A stretch of 50,306 nt of DNA, from positions 1 through 50,306 of the forward strand of contig MTLP01000005.1 of assembly GCA_002009975.1 (NCBI GenBank), in the 5' to 3' direction. Positions within the stretch are counted from its first letter, which is position 1. The number at the start of each line of letters is the position of its first letter. Under the pieces are notes generated by a model. That model was not told where the DNA came from. It worked only from the letters and a program-made list of their open reading frames with translations, and ran no database searches. The DNA is from Thermococcus sp. JdFR-02 (lineage in GTDB: Archaea; Methanobacteriota_B; Thermococci; Thermococcales; Thermococcaceae). Position numbers and translations under genes: made by a program. This document shows, one piece after another, positions 49,181 to 50,306 of the stretch.

Positions 49181-49407
49181 TATGTTGACCTCAATCTATA
49201 ATGCTTTCTGTGATTGCTGTTGATATAATATGCCTCAATTATCTCCTTTCCAATAAGGTCTCTTAGAACCCTTTCGACCTTTTGTCGTGTGCAGGGTATG
49301 CCTCGTTCATTTAGTCTTCGTGTAAGAATTGCTACTGTAGAAGAGTCCTCCATACTTAAAATATTAATAATCTCATGTATAATAGATGCTGTCATCATAT
49401 TTATCAT
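49180..49407 (-). CDS. Small wHTH protein
   Basis: TVAILTRRLNERGIPCTRQKVERVLRDL..RKHYRL. Confidence 0.6.
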   Translation of the reverse strand: MINMMTASIIHEIINILSMEDSSTVAILTRRLNERGIPCTRQKVERVLRDLIGKEIIEAYYINSNHRKHYRLRST

Positions 49408-49762
49408 ATACTCACCTTATAGCGTAATTATTTCCTTATATTATAAATACTTTTCTAAGATTGCTTACTTTTGCTAAATGGGGTATTTCAACTATCTATT
49501 GCTAAAAATCGGTTGTATTATCTTGCTATTATTGTCTAAACCATGATTTAAAAAATAAAAGGGTTTGCAAAGTTCTTAAAATTTTGGAAAAAATTCAATA
49601 AATTTTAGGTTTATGATTTGATATAAGCTATTTTCTAATGACATGTTATATTTTCAATATAAAATCCAAAAGAGCATATTACGTTTAAATATATAACATA
49701 AAGAACTAATAGAACTTGGTTTAGTTTAAAAATTTTTGTATCATGAAAATATAACATGTGAT

Positions 49763-49838
49763 TGGTAGCCCCGCCGGGATTCGAACCCGGGTCAGGGGAT
49801 CCAGAGTCCCCCATGCTTGGCCGCTACACCACGGGGCT
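49763..49838 (-). tRNA. tRNA-Gln(CTG)
   Basis: AGCCCCG..GGGGA-CTCTGGA-TCCCC..GGTTCGAATCC..ACCA. Confidence 0.95.
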
Positions 49839-49929
49839 ACAATAACAAATAATACTCCGTAGCTTTTAAGGTTTTGCGGAATATAGAAAGCTCCCAAACA
49901 ATGGCATGATATGAAATTAAGAACGATTC

Positions 49930-50007
49930 TGGCGGGCCGGCCGGGATTCGAACCCGGGACCACCGGGTTAAAAGCCCGGTGCTCTAACCAGGCTGAGCTA
50001 CCGGCCC
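49930..50007 (-). tRNA. tRNA-Lys(TTT)
   Basis: GGGCCGG..CCGGG-CTTTTAA-CCCGG..GCCA. Confidence 0.95.
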
Positions 50008-50122
50008 ATGTCGAATACCAATAAAAGGGATTGTTTTATAAATTTTATGGTCTGTTTGAGAACAAAGCATAACCCAATTTGAATTAATAACTCTGAGAAT
50101 TTTTAAGAAACGATGTAAAAGT

Positions 50123-50200
50123 TGGCGCCCGGGTCGGGATTTGAACCCGAGTCGCGGGAGTGACAGTCCCGCATGATGGGCCGGGCTACACCACCCGGGC
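50123..50200 (-). tRNA. tRNA-Asp(GTC)
   Basis: GCCCGGG..CGGGA-CTGTCAC-TCCCG..GCCA; directly downstream of the 5S rRNA. Confidence 0.95.
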
Positions 50201-50207
50201 ATTTGAG

Positions 50208-50306
50208 TGGCCGGCGGCGTCCCCGGTTTCCCGCCCCCTCTCGGAGGGCAGTACTGCCGGGATCGCTGGCGGGCTTAACTTCCGGGGTCGAAACGAGTCC
50301 GGGTGT
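50208..50306 (-). rRNA. rrf: 5S rRNA (5' end outside the window)
   Basis: ACACCCGGACTCGTTTCGACCCCGGAAGTTAAGCCC..AGTACTG..GGGAAAC conserved 5S motifs. Confidence 0.93.

Noticed and set aside
49721-50202. Short ORFs over the tRNA cluster
   Set aside because: They run through tRNA genes and have no coding features.
1-50306. CRISPR array or tandem repeat array
   Set aside because: No regularly spaced direct repeats found by eye; the only long exact direct repeat seen is the 51-bp att.

Overview
Chromosomal window from a low-GC Thermococcales archaeon (Thermococcus/Palaeococcus-like; inferred from gcvH/gcvT, ADP-forming acyl-CoA synthetase, ATP-dependent DNA ligase, lrpA, cobS/cobY/cobQ, eL41, dph2, GC-rich tRNAs and 5S rRNA). 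Three accessory regions stand out. (1) An 8,532-bp element (17925-26507) integrated in tRNA-Tyr(GTA), bounded by a perfect 51-bp att repeat that splits an SSV1/pTN3-type tyrosine integrase. It encodes three divergent Sm/Hfq-fold proteins, three excisionase-type HTH proteins, a Cys-cluster helicase-like protein, a HerA/FtsK-like ATPase and a two-helix membrane protein. Most of its intergenic space consists of ~180-200-nt domains closed by long inverted repeats. This is the best candidate for an undescribed system: a small provirus, satellite or plasmid with its own Sm proteins and structured RNA/ssDNA. (2) A double-cupin gene broken by an exact 455-bp inversion and by an IS607 (TnpA+TnpB) insertion; both events can be reversed by hand to restore the reading frame. 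(3) A signal-peptidase/DUF1102-like cluster that may build a surface fibre. A C/D-box sRNA and a hairpin-ended MITE-like repeat are also visible. Family assignments come from motif recognition only; no database search was run.
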